Positions 1-9,274 of a stretch of DNA of 33,759 bases are shown piece by piece (position 1 is the stretch's first letter; the number at the start of each line of letters is the position of its first letter). Source of the stretch: Thermoplasmatota archaeon (GTDB taxonomy: Archaea > Thermoplasmatota > Thermoplasmata > Thermoplasmatales > ARK-15); assembly GCA_031961525.1 (NCBI GenBank), contig JAVRLI010000003.1:1-33759 (forward strand). Reading direction: 5' to 3'. The position numbers and the translations under genes are program-made. Under the pieces are notes generated by a model, which saw nothing but the letters and a program-made list of their open reading frames with translations, did not search any database and was not told the DNA's origin.

Positions 1-249
1 GATACATCGTACTAAAGGAGAACATAGAAAAAGAATGAAAAAGCATTTGCCTGAAGAATATAATAGAAGACCTAAAGTGGAAACAGTGCATTCAGTAATT
101 AAAAGAAAAAGTGGATCATTTGTGAGGTCAAGAATTCCAGAACTATCTGAAAAGGAAATTGCAATGAAAATAATAGCATACAATATAAGGAGGATAGTAG
201 TCCTAAATGATTCTGGAATTATTTTTATTGTAGAGGTTTTCTACAGAGC
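1..249 (+). mobile_element. Right-hand part of an IS5-family insertion sequence; probable right terminal inverted repeat GAGGTTTTCTACAGAGC (~233-249)
   Basis: Transposase C-terminus followed by TTTCTACAGAGC, encoding the 'FYRA' end typical of archaeal IS5-type elements. The left end is outside the window, so the IR pair cannot be confirmed. Confidence 0.7.
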
Positions 250-328
250 TTTTTTGAAAAATTATTCAATTTTCCCATTCTTTTCCAATTTAAGAAATAT
301 TAATATAATGGTGGAAAATGTAGTTTAA
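2..328 (+). CDS. IS5/IS4-type DDE transposase, C-terminal fragment (5' truncated by window)
   Basis: Frame is open from nt 2 (IHRTKGEHRKRMKKHLPEEYNRRPKVETVHSVIKRK). It has the Y-x2-R-x3-E-x6-K (YREK) motif and a 'KEIAMKIIAYNIRR' helix. Confidence 0.85.
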   Translation: MHRTKGEHRKRMKKHLPEEYNRRPKVETVHSVIKRKSGSFVRSRIPELSEKEIAMKIIAYNIRRIVVLNDSGIIFIVEVFYRAFLKNYSIFPFFSNLRNINIMVENVV

Positions 329-352
329 TTCATCGGTGAGGTGAAAGGTTCA

Positions 353-1201
353 ATGGCTGAAAAGATTTCACAGATAATGACAAAGAACCCGATAGTTCTG
401 AAGGCTCCTGCATCAAGGAATGAGGCATTAAAGATTATGGTGAAGAATAACATAACAGGTCTTCCTGTTGTTGATGAAAACAAAAAATATTTAGGCCTGA
501 TAACAAGAAGGGATATATTTGAACATCCTGGTGAGGATCAGGTAGCTTTAATAATGAGAGAAAATGCACCCTATGTTTCTCCCGATTCCCCCATTGAGGA
601 AGCTGCAAAAATTATGATTGAAACGCAGAGGAGGCATGTGGCTGTTGTTGATAACCATGGACATGTTGTTGGCATAGTAACACCCTACGATTATCTAAAG
701 GTTATTTATAGCAGAAAGATTGAGGAGCCAGTTGAAAAGTTCATAAAGAAACCATGCATACTTGTTCATAAATCAACACCCCTCAAGGTTGTTTTCAGGA
801 TGATAACGTTAACAAAGATTAATGCATTTCCTGTTGTGGATGATGACGCAAACCTTGTTGGTGTTATAACAGACAGGGATATATTCGAGAACACAAAGGT
901 TGAAATGAGTGAGGAGGTAAGCCAGCTGGGCATCGGTGAGGATGAGGATGCCTGGACATGGGAAGGTTTAAGAAATATATTAAAAATACTTTATGTTGAA
1001 GAAAGGCTTGAGGTACCGAAGATACCTGTTTCTGAATCAATGGTGAAAAATCCCGTGAGCGTTTTGAACAAACTACCACTTTACAAGGCTGTAAAAATCA
1101 TGCTGGATAACAACTTCTCCCAGCTTCCAGTAAGGGATTCACTCGATAACCTTGTCGCCATGCTTTATGATCTTGACCTGATGGAAATATTCAGAAAGTG
1201 A
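353..1201 (+). CDS. Four-CBS-domain (two Bateman module) protein
   Basis: Repeated CBS motifs (GLPVVD..GLITRRD; VAVVD..GIVTPYD; AFPVVD..GVITDRD; QLPVRD..MLYDLD). ATG 353 is preferred over GTG 341 because GAGGTGA at 338-344 is an RBS. Confidence 0.9.
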   Translation: MAEKISQIMTKNPIVLKAPASRNEALKIMVKNNITGLPVVDENKKYLGLITRRDIFEHPGEDQVALIMRENAPYVSPDSPIEEAAKIMIETQRRHVAVVDNHGHVVGIVTPYDYLKVIYSRKIEEPVEKFIKKPCILVHKSTPLKVVFRMITLTKINAFPVVDDDANLVGVITDRDIFENTKVEMSEEVSQLGIGEDEDAWTWEGLRNILKILYVEERLEVPKIPVSESMVKNPVSVLNKLPLYKAVKIMLDNNFSQLPVRDSLDNLVAMLYDLDLMEIFRK

Positions 1202-1204
1202 TAG

Positions 1205-2869
1205 ATGATGGGGGCACAGGAAGTAATTGAAATTTCAAAAAGGAGAGGCATTTTCTGGCCTTCATTTGAGATATATGGTGGTCTTTCGGGCTTTTATGAT
1301 TATGGGCCCATAGGTTCATTGATAAAGGATAACATAATCTCTGTATGGAAAAATATTTTTATAAACATTGAGGGCATGGCACCAATAGATTCACCCAATA
1401 TCACAATATCAAACGTTTTTGAGGCATCCGGTCATACAAAGGTTTTTTCGGATTACATTACCTACTGTAAAAACTGTGGTGAAGCATACAGGGTTGATGA
1501 ATTGATAAAAAAGAAAATGCCAGACTTTGAGTTCAAATCATACGAGGATATGGTAAAAAAAATGAGGGATCTTGACCTTAAATGCGAAAAATGCGGCGGT
1601 GAACTAACAGATCCTGAAAGTTTCAATCTAATGTTTTCAACAAAGGTTGGTCCGGGTAATGGAAAGTTATCATATTTAAGACCTGAAACGGCACAGGGAA
1701 TATTCGTTAACTTCCTTAACTACTTCAGGTATTTCAGGGAATCATTGCCATTCGGTGTTGTACAGGTGGGAAAGGGGTTCAGAAATGAAATCGCTCCGAG
1801 GCAGGGTTTAATAAGGCTCAGGGAATTCAATATGGCTGAGGCGGAAGTATTTTTCAATCCAAACAACATTCAATGGCCTGAAAACATAAAAAATGCTATG
1901 GATCTTGAGGTAAAACTTTTACCAAACACAGGTAATGAAGTATTTATAAAATTAAGGGATGCATTAAAAAATGGTATAATTAAACAGCAGCCGATAGCAT
2001 ATTTCATAGGGTTATCCTATCTTTTCCTTAAAAATATAGGTGTTGATGAGAAAAGAATAAGGTTCAGGCAGCACCATAAGGAAGAGCTGGCACATTACTC
2101 AAACGATTGCTGGGACTGTGAGATAAACATCTCCTATGGATGGATTGAGGTAATAGGGATAGCTGACAGGAACCAGTACGATCTTAAAATGCATTCAAAA
2201 TATTCCGGGGAGAACATGGATGTAAAGGTTCAGGGAGAGAAAAGGATTGTTAAAAAGAAGGTGTATGAGCCAAATGAGGAGTATTTTAAAAATCTTTTTG
2301 CTGAAAAATGGAAAATGGCCATGGAAACAATGAAAAAAATGGAAATAGAGGAAAATCCTGTAGTATTTGGTAAAAAAATTCCAACAAATGCTTACAGTAT
2401 TAAGGAAATAGAAATAACTGTTGATTACGAAAAGGTTTTACCATGGGTAATTGAACCATCATTCGGTATAGACAGGATATTCTTTTCACTTCTTGAACAT
2501 AATCTATACAAAAGAAAGGAAAATAATTACAATGTTCTGAGGTTAAAACCACACATTGCACCATTCAAGGTTGCAGTCTTTCCTTTAATGGTAAAAGATA
2601 ACCTTGATTCAGTTGCCCATGATATTTATGAAAATTTAAAGAATAATGGTATTACCTGTTACTATGATGATTCAGGATCAATAGGTAAAAGGTATGCAAG
2701 GGCCGATGAAATTGGTGTTCCATATTGCATAACAGTGGATTATCAAACACTTAAGGATAAAACTGTAACGATTAGAGAAAGGGATTCAACAAATCAGGAA
2801 AGGATTCATATAGATGATATATTAAAGAAAATAAGAGGAATGATTGATGAATGCAGCAGGTTAATATAG
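1205..2869 (+). CDS. glyS: Glycine--tRNA ligase (alpha2, eukaryote/archaea type)
   Basis: IYGGLSGFYDYGP, LRPETAQGIF, GKGFRNEIAPRQGLIRLREF, VIEPSFGIDR and anticodon-domain SIGKRYARADEIGVPYCITVD motifs. Confidence 0.97.
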   Translation: MMGAQEVIEISKRRGIFWPSFEIYGGLSGFYDYGPIGSLIKDNIISVWKNIFINIEGMAPIDSPNITISNVFEASGHTKVFSDYITYCKNCGEAYRVDELIKKKMPDFEFKSYEDMVKKMRDLDLKCEKCGGELTDPESFNLMFSTKVGPGNGKLSYLRPETAQGIFVNFLNYFRYFRESLPFGVVQVGKGFRNEIAPRQGLIRLREFNMAEAEVFFNPNNIQWPENIKNAMDLEVKLLPNTGNEVFIKLRDALKNGIIKQQPIAYFIGLSYLFLKNIGVDEKRIRFRQHHKEELAHYSNDCWDCEINISYGWIEVIGIADRNQYDLKMHSKYSGENMDVKVQGEKRIVKKKVYEPNEEYFKNLFAEKWKMAMETMKKMEIEENPVVFGKKIPTNAYSIKEIEITVDYEKVLPWVIEPSFGIDRIFFSLLEHNLYKRKENNYNVLRLKPHIAPFKVAVFPLMVKDNLDSVAHDIYENLKNNGITCYYDDSGSIGKRYARADEIGVPYCITVDYQTLKDKTVTIRERDSTNQERIHIDDILKKIRGMIDECSRLI

Positions 2870-3633
2870 AATATGAGAGGATCCTCTACAACCTACTGAT
2901 GAACAACATACCAAGGATAAGGGAGAAGAGGGTATCTTTATTGCTTTCCGGAGGTCTTGACAGCACAATTGTTCTATCAATAATTAAGGATTTTTACGAT
3001 ATTCATGCATACACTGTTGGTCTTCCAGGATCGAAGGATGTTATGAATGCCAGAGCTGTTGTGAATTATTATTCACTTGATTATGAAATAGATCATGAGA
3101 TCATAGAACTTGACGAGGATCTTGTTCTTCTTGCCATGAGGGATATTCTTAAAATATTTAAGGATTTAACTATTGTTGAACTATCATTCGAAATACCATT
3201 TTACCTTGGAACAATATTTTCTCTGGAAAAGAACATTTTTACAGGACAGGGATCGGATGAACTCTTCCTTGGATATAAAAAATATTTCAACGATCCTGAA
3301 CAGAACAAAAGGGATCTTGCCACACTGCTTGGTAGAACATTACCAAGGGAAAGGAACATTGCTGAAAATGCTGGAAAGGATCTTCACACACCATTCATCA
3401 GCGGTGAGATTATAGATTTTGCCCTATCAATACCCTTGAGGGAAAAGATAAATGAAAACAGAAACAAGATCATTGTGAGAAAGCTTGGATCCATTCTTGG
3501 TCTGCCATCATTTGTTATAAATGGTGAGAAAAAGGCAATGCAGTATGGATCGGGTACAATGAAAGTTTTAAGAGAAATTGCCAAAAAAAGGAACATAAAG
3601 GTACATGAGCTGAAAAATTATATAAAATTGTGA
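2851..3633 (+). CDS. Stand-alone asparagine synthetase C-terminal (ATP pyrophosphatase) domain protein
   Basis: PP-loop LLSGGLDS, TGQGSDELFLGY and KKAMQYGSG; no N-terminal Cys glutaminase domain. Confidence 0.88.
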   Translation: MQQVNIEYERILYNLLMNNIPRIREKRVSLLLSGGLDSTIVLSIIKDFYDIHAYTVGLPGSKDVMNARAVVNYYSLDYEIDHEIIELDEDLVLLAMRDILKIFKDLTIVELSFEIPFYLGTIFSLEKNIFTGQGSDELFLGYKKYFNDPEQNKRDLATLLGRTLPRERNIAENAGKDLHTPFISGEIIDFALSIPLREKINENRNKIIVRKLGSILGLPSFVINGEKKAMQYGSGTMKVLREIAKKRNIKVHELKNYIKL

Positions 3634-3675
3634 ATTAACGATAGTGTTAAATCGATTTTTTCCATACTGTTTTTT

Positions 3676-5178
3676 ATGGTTACAATAGATGGAAATAATC
3701 TTACAGTTGAAGGTGTAATAAGGGTTGCAAGGGAAAATGAAAAGGTTTCCATTGATGAAAAAGCAATGAAGAAAATGGAAAAAAACAGATTTGATCTTGA
3801 AAATATAATGAAGGATGGAAAAACTGTATATGGTGTTAATACAGGTTTTGGCGATCTTGTTAACGTAAAAATAGATGAAAAATCACTATATGATTTACAG
3901 AGAAATCTGATAAGATCACATTCATCAGGTGTTGGTGATTTATTACAGAAGGATGTTGTAAGGGCTGCCATGCTCGTAAGGGCAAATACCTTGCTTAAAG
4001 GTTATTCTGGTGTTAGAAGTGAGGTTGTGGATCTTCTTGTTGAAATGCTGAATAGAGATATAGTACCTGTTGTACCATCAAGGGGCAGTGTGGGTGCAAG
4101 CGGTGATCTTGCTCCACTTGCACATGTTGCACTTGCAATGATGGGCGAGGGTGATGTAATTTACAACGGTGAAATAAGAAATGCTGGAAAAGTTTTCAAT
4201 GAACTGAACATAAAACCACTGGATCCAAAGGAAAAGGAAGGTGTTGCATTAATAAACGGAACATCATTCATGTCAGCAATGGGTGTTATTTCCATTCATG
4301 AGTTCAAAAAAATATTAAAGAATGCAATTGTTGCATTTTCACTTTCGCTTGAAGCTTTATCCGGAACGGATGATGCATACAGGGAGGAAATTTTAGGCCT
4401 AAGACCACATCCGGGTCAGATAAGAATTGGGAGGGCAATAAGAAAAATAATAGAGGGAAGTGAAATTATAAAAAATTCAAAAAGGATCCAGGATGCCTAT
4501 TCCCTTCGATGCACACCCCAGGTTCTCGGTCCTGCACTTGAAACATACTATTTTGCAAAAGAAATAATTGAAAGGGAAATAAATTCAGTCACGGACAATC
4601 CTGTGGTAATTGACAGGGCATATTCAGGTGGAAACTTTCATGGTGAATATATTGCATTTGCTTTGGATTTTCTGGCAATAGCACTTTCAGAAATTGGAAA
4701 CATTTCAGAGAGAAGAAGTTTCAGAATGCTTGATTCAAAGCTGAGCGGTCTTCCTCCATTTCTTGCAAAGGATCCAGGATTGAATTCAGGTCTTATGATC
4801 GCACAGTACACAGCTGCAAGTCTTGTTTCAGAGAATAAAATATTGAGCCATCCAGCATCAGTCGATTCAATACCAACAAGTGCTGATCAGGAGGACCATG
4901 TGAGCATGGGTATGACATCAGCATTGAAGATAATGAACATAATAAGGAATGTTAAATACATAATTTCCATAGAATACCTTATTTCAACACAGGCACTTGA
5001 GTTCAGGAAATATGAAATGGGAAGGGGAACGAAAATGGCATATGAAGAAATTAGAAAGAAGGTAAAAGCCTACGAAATGGATAGACCACCATACAGGGAT
5101 ATTGAAACTATATACAGCATGATAGAAAATGATGAAATAATAAGTAAAATTGAAAAGGAATTCGGTAATATATTATAA
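3676..5178 (+). CDS. hutH: Histidine ammonia-lyase
   Basis: VYGVNTGFG, MIO-forming GASGDLAPL, QDAYSLRC, GGNFHG, QEDHVSM; LIRSH specificity motif of His-type enzymes. Confidence 0.95.
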   Translation: MVTIDGNNLTVEGVIRVARENEKVSIDEKAMKKMEKNRFDLENIMKDGKTVYGVNTGFGDLVNVKIDEKSLYDLQRNLIRSHSSGVGDLLQKDVVRAAMLVRANTLLKGYSGVRSEVVDLLVEMLNRDIVPVVPSRGSVGASGDLAPLAHVALAMMGEGDVIYNGEIRNAGKVFNELNIKPLDPKEKEGVALINGTSFMSAMGVISIHEFKKILKNAIVAFSLSLEALSGTDDAYREEILGLRPHPGQIRIGRAIRKIIEGSEIIKNSKRIQDAYSLRCTPQVLGPALETYYFAKEIIEREINSVTDNPVVIDRAYSGGNFHGEYIAFALDFLAIALSEIGNISERRSFRMLDSKLSGLPPFLAKDPGLNSGLMIAQYTAASLVSENKILSHPASVDSIPTSADQEDHVSMGMTSALKIMNIIRNVKYIISIEYLISTQALEFRKYEMGRGTKMAYEEIRKKVKAYEMDRPPYRDIETIYSMIENDEIISKIEKEFGNIL

Positions 5179-5850
5179 ATCACTCAGCCTTAAAATTATT
5201 GATTTTTCATCCATATTTGTTATAACAAGAGGAATATTCTCAAGTTCAGCAAGCTTGATGCTCAGTTCATCCACGTTTTCAGGTTTAACAAAAACAACCA
5301 TTGCAGGCTTCAACGGATGTGCCCTTATTGCAACGAGAGGAGATCTACCAAATTTTACACCTGTAAAAATAAGTGCCCTTTCATTACTCCATCCATAAAA
5401 TTTGAAGAAATCCTGTGAACTGAATTCAAGTATTGCCTTGATGCTATCTATCATGGTATAACCATATATGTTCCTTTCAAGTGAAACATCTTTTGCAAGG
5501 TTTGTTCCATCAATTAAAGATATAATTTCACTGGCCTTTGCGGATCTTCTGAATTCTCTAATTGATATTATTGCATCCGATCCATAACCGGGTGAATATT
5601 TTTTAACAATTTTTCCACCCTTTGATAGATCAATTGTTATTAATGCCTTAACAATTTTTTTTATTGTTACAATACCAGGTGATTTTCTCCTTCCTGATTC
5701 ATAATCACTTATAACCGATGGTGAAATTTTAAGGAACTTTGAAAGTTCCTGCTGTGTTATACCAAACATTTCCCTCCATTTTCTCAGTGTTGCACCGGGA
5801 TTTTCGGAAATTACAATTTCTCCTGCAATTTTTTCCTCAAGTTCAAGCAT
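5173..5850 (-). CDS. Archaeal XRE-family HTH transcriptional regulator (COG1709-like) with C-terminal alpha/beta domain
   Basis: LRKWREMFGITQQELSKFLKISPSVISDYESGRRKSPG HTH and ERALIFTGVKFGRSPLVAIR motif. Confidence 0.85.
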   Translation of the reverse strand: MLELEEKIAGEIVISENPGATLRKWREMFGITQQELSKFLKISPSVISDYESGRRKSPGIVTIKKIVKALITIDLSKGGKIVKKYSPGYGSDAIISIREFRRSAKASEIISLIDGTNLAKDVSLERNIYGYTMIDSIKAILEFSSQDFFKFYGWSNERALIFTGVKFGRSPLVAIRAHPLKPAMVVFVKPENVDELSIKLAELENIPLVITNMDEKSIILRLSDL

Positions 5851-5948
5851 GGTTTTGCATAAACTTTCAAAAAAATAAACTTTTCTTAAAACAATGGAAA
5901 AGTTTATAGAATAAAAAAAGAATTTCTATCAATTGAGGTGATGTTAAT

Positions 5949-6677
5949 TTGGTAAATTCAGAAGAATCGATTCTTGAACAGGTGGAAAAATACCTGAAAA
6001 AGGTGAGGACACAGGCGGAGGAAGTAAAAAAGAAGGAACAGGAAATTCTTGAAAGGGATAAAAGGCTTGCTGAATGGGAGTCAAAGCTGAAGAGTACTGA
6101 AAGTCAATTGAAGGAAAAGGAGAATTATCTTGTCGGCAAGGAGCATGAGCTTGAGGAAAAATTAAAGAACCTCGAAAAATTGAATGAGGAATTCAAAAAA
6201 AGTATGTGGGAGATAGAAAAAAACAGGAATGATCTGATCAAGACAATGGATAATCTGAAAAAGTATGAGGAAAAATTAAATTCATTCATAGGAACAATGG
6301 AAAACTATTCAAAGATTCTTGAAGAAAATGAGAGTAAAATAAAGGATCTTCTTAATGACTATGAAACAAGGAAAAAGCAAACGGATGATTTTTCAAAATC
6401 CATTCAATCATTCCTCAAAGAATTTTCACAGCTCAGGGATGAGGTAAGTGAAACACTCAAGGGCATTGAGGGAATAAAAGCACCTGAAATAAAGGTGGAG
6501 GGTGAAAAGATAGAGAAGATGGAGGTGAAGATACCTGAAAAACCGCAGGAGGAGGAATTGATACCCTGTCCAAACTGTGGAACCTTAATATCAAAGGATG
6601 CGATAATGTGCTATGCCTGTGGATATGTTCTACATCCAGAGTTGCTGGAGGAAAAAAAGGAATCAAAGGAATCATGA
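5949..6677 (+). CDS. Long coiled-coil protein with C-terminal zinc ribbon
   Basis: About 170 aa of E/K/L heptad-rich sequence, then CPNC-x10-CYAC. TTG start with GAGGTGA RBS immediately upstream. Confidence 0.8.
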   Translation: MVNSEESILEQVEKYLKKVRTQAEEVKKKEQEILERDKRLAEWESKLKSTESQLKEKENYLVGKEHELEEKLKNLEKLNEEFKKSMWEIEKNRNDLIKTMDNLKKYEEKLNSFIGTMENYSKILEENESKIKDLLNDYETRKKQTDDFSKSIQSFLKEFSQLRDEVSETLKGIEGIKAPEIKVEGEKIEKMEVKIPEKPQEEELIPCPNCGTLISKDAIMCYACGYVLHPELLEEKKESKES

Positions 6678-7985
6678 AACCTGTTTTCCCACACTTTCAT
6701 CAACGCACTGGATAAAATCCTTTACCTTTTCCCCAGGAATATTTGCGCCGGCAGCTATGTTATGACCCCCTCCGAATCCTCCCACCTTTTCAGAACAATT
6801 TTTTAATATTGCCCCGATGTTCAATCCCCTTGATACCATGTATCTTGTTGTTCTAGCCGATACCCTTACCTCGGAATTTTTAACATGTAAGGCAAGAACC
6901 GGTCTTTTTTTATCAAAAACATAGCTGCTCATGATTCCAGATACTGCCCCGGCCATTGAATCGCCCTCAACATAAAAATAAACAATGTTTTTCAAATCCT
7001 TTCTTTCTGAAATTGCACTGTAAACTTCATTTATTACATTATTTCTGTATTTTTTAAAAGTTTCAAGAACTTCATCCCTTTTTTCATTATCACCGGAAAG
7101 GAAAAGGAATGCAAGACCCTGTTTGTCCATTCTTGCACATGCATTAACTATGTTTGATAAATTTCTGTCGTAAAGGCCAAAATCCCTCAAAAATATCTTT
7201 TCTGTCACAATATCCCTAACATATTCAGGATCAATGTTCAATTTAAGCAACCTCAACGTTAAAAGTGAAACAAGCCTTACCTTTTCATCATCCTTTAAAT
7301 CAATGAATCTCATCTCACCATTTATGTTTGCATCCCTGAGGAATTTTTCAACATTTTCCTCTTTACCCGTAAGATCCATAAAAAATGGTTCAATACTGTT
7401 AACGATCATATCCTTTACATTATGACCATCCATCTTAAGGTCTGAGATTTTATCAGAATTTTTTAGAATGTTTTCATAAATGATTTTGTTTAAACCCGTG
7501 TATCCTCCAATATCCTGTTTGTCCCCAATTACACCTGCGAGGTATATGGGATAAAGTGAAACATTTTTTTCATCAATGTAAATTGAAAGCAGATATGAAA
7601 GTGTTGCGCCGCATGCATCCCTAGATCCATCCATTCCACAGATATGGGGATTGATATGAATAATGTTCCCCTCCCCAACAACAGGATGGTGATCAAGAAC
7701 AATCACATTTTTGTATGAAGATAAAAGATCAATCAATGATGAACCCATATCAGCAAGAACATAACACTGATAATTTTGATCCATCATATTTTTTATATTT
7801 TCTCTTGAAAGATCCTTCACAAAAGATACATGGAATTTTTTTCCTCTCATCGCTTTATAAATTAATGCAGCACTTGAAATGCCATCAGCATCGTAGTGTG
7901 CCAGTACCCTTATTTCCTCACAACCCTTTAACTTTTCTGAAGCATTCCTGAAAACTTTATCCAGACATTCTGGAATTTCCAGCAT
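6672..7985 (-). CDS. DHH/DHHA1 RecJ-like nuclease, probable GAN (archaeal Cdc45/RecJ orthologue)
   Basis: HYDADG, DMGS, LDHH and GGFGGGHNIAAG motifs are intact. It lies directly downstream of rps15, the conserved GAN position in Euryarchaeota. ATG 7985 is preferred over TTG 8009. Confidence 0.88.
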   Translation of the reverse strand: MLEIPECLDKVFRNASEKLKGCEEIRVLAHYDADGISSAALIYKAMRGKKFHVSFVKDLSRENIKNMMDQNYQCYVLADMGSSLIDLLSSYKNVIVLDHHPVVGEGNIIHINPHICGMDGSRDACGATLSYLLSIYIDEKNVSLYPIYLAGVIGDKQDIGGYTGLNKIIYENILKNSDKISDLKMDGHNVKDMIVNSIEPFFMDLTGKEENVEKFLRDANINGEMRFIDLKDDEKVRLVSLLTLRLLKLNIDPEYVRDIVTEKIFLRDFGLYDRNLSNIVNACARMDKQGLAFLFLSGDNEKRDEVLETFKKYRNNVINEVYSAISERKDLKNIVYFYVEGDSMAGAVSGIMSSYVFDKKRPVLALHVKNSEVRVSARTTRYMVSRGLNIGAILKNCSEKVGGFGGGHNIAAGANIPGEKVKDFIQCVDESVGKQVS

Positions 7986-7986
7986 A

Positions 7987-8430
7987 TCACTTTGATAATA
8001 GTTCAGCACTTTCGGGTGAATATTTCCAGTCCTTTGGCAATCTTCCTATCCTTTTATAGTACCTTACAAGGCTGTTGATTTTTGATTCAACCACCTGTAA
8101 ACCCCTCTTATTTGAAAGATCCTTTGGGTGTTTTTCAAGATGCTTTGTTAAATTTACAGCTTTTTTAATTAAAAAAAGAAGATCATCTGGTATTTTTGGT
8201 TCAAGTCCATGGTCCCTGGCGATCTTCAGCATTTTCTTTCCTGTCACATACTTTATTTTTGGAATTCCATAAACGTCCCTGAGAATAACACCTGCATGGC
8301 TGAGGCTATAACCCTGTCTAAGCAGTTCAATTACCTTATCTTCCGCATCCTTACCCTTAAGCCTTACCCATTCAAGTTTTTCCCTGCTTGATGTTTTTGA
8401 AGTTGATTTATCCGAAACAATTTTTGGCAT
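7987..8430 (-). CDS. rps15: 30S ribosomal protein S15 (uS15)
   Basis: GVILRDVYGIP, IPDDLLFLIKKAVNLTKHLEKHPKD, ESKINSLVRYYKR, LPKDWKY. AGGTG RBS 7 nt before ATG 8430. Confidence 0.93.
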   Translation of the reverse strand: MPKIVSDKSTSKTSSREKLEWVRLKGKDAEDKVIELLRQGYSLSHAGVILRDVYGIPKIKYVTGKKMLKIARDHGLEPKIPDDLLFLIKKAVNLTKHLEKHPKDLSNKRGLQVVESKINSLVRYYKRIGRLPKDWKYSPESAELLSK

Positions 8431-8557
8431 ACTCAAACACCTTGAAGTATTATACCTAAAATTCAGATCATATTTAAGTTTTTTTGATGAATTATTTTAT
8501 AAAAATAAACCAAAATGGAATGGAAAAATTTAACTATTCTCCATGAATTGTTAAATC

Positions 8558-9274
8558 ATGGACTATACACCATTCATTCTCTATTCATCCATAATAATCG
8601 TTATATTCATTTTTGTAATGTACATTCTAAACATTATGAAAAAAAGGAATGTAAGGATTGAAAAACATATGGAGGATGATGCCTATAACAGTATGGAAAT
8701 GGCAAGATCCATAGCTGTTATTCTTGAAAGAAAGGGTTATTCCACCGGAGATGCATATGAAAGGATTGAGGAGGCTGAAAGGCTTTACAGAGAAGGAAAA
8801 TATGCCGAATCAATTGAAAAAAGCAGGGAGGCAAAGGAAATATTGCATAAATCAATGAATGAAAAAAGGGATGATTCAAATTACATTGAAACAAAAAAGA
8901 TTAACCTTCCTGATGAAAATTATCTTCCGGCAAAATTTTACCTTGAAAAGGTCCATGACCTTTATGAGAAGTCAGAGAATGAAAGTTTTAAAATAAAGTC
9001 ATCTATATTTATCAAAAGTGCCGAGATAAGTTTTAAGAATGGTGATTACAGGAACTCTTTGAAGGATTCACTGAGGGCCGAAAAGATACTGAATGGAATT
9101 GATGTAAATGTATTAAAGTGTCCCAACTGCAATGCTGATGTGAAAGAAAATGATGTTTACTGTCCTAACTGCGGATTTTTGTTGAAAAATAAATGTCCAA
9201 AATGTGGTGCGGAAATTAAACAGGGAGATAAATTTTGTAGAAATTGTGGCTTTGAATTAATGGTGAAAATATGA
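8558..9274 (+). CDS. Membrane-anchored protein with helical region and C-terminal double zinc ribbon
   Basis: N-terminal hydrophobic helix; four CxxC motifs (CPNC, CPNC, CPKC, CRNC) at the C-terminus. Confidence 0.82.
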   Translation: MDYTPFILYSSIIIVIFIFVMYILNIMKKRNVRIEKHMEDDAYNSMEMARSIAVILERKGYSTGDAYERIEEAERLYREGKYAESIEKSREAKEILHKSMNEKRDDSNYIETKKINLPDENYLPAKFYLEKVHDLYEKSENESFKIKSSIFIKSAEISFKNGDYRNSLKDSLRAEKILNGIDVNVLKCPNCNADVKENDVYCPNCGFLLKNKCPKCGAEIKQGDKFCRNCGFELMVKI

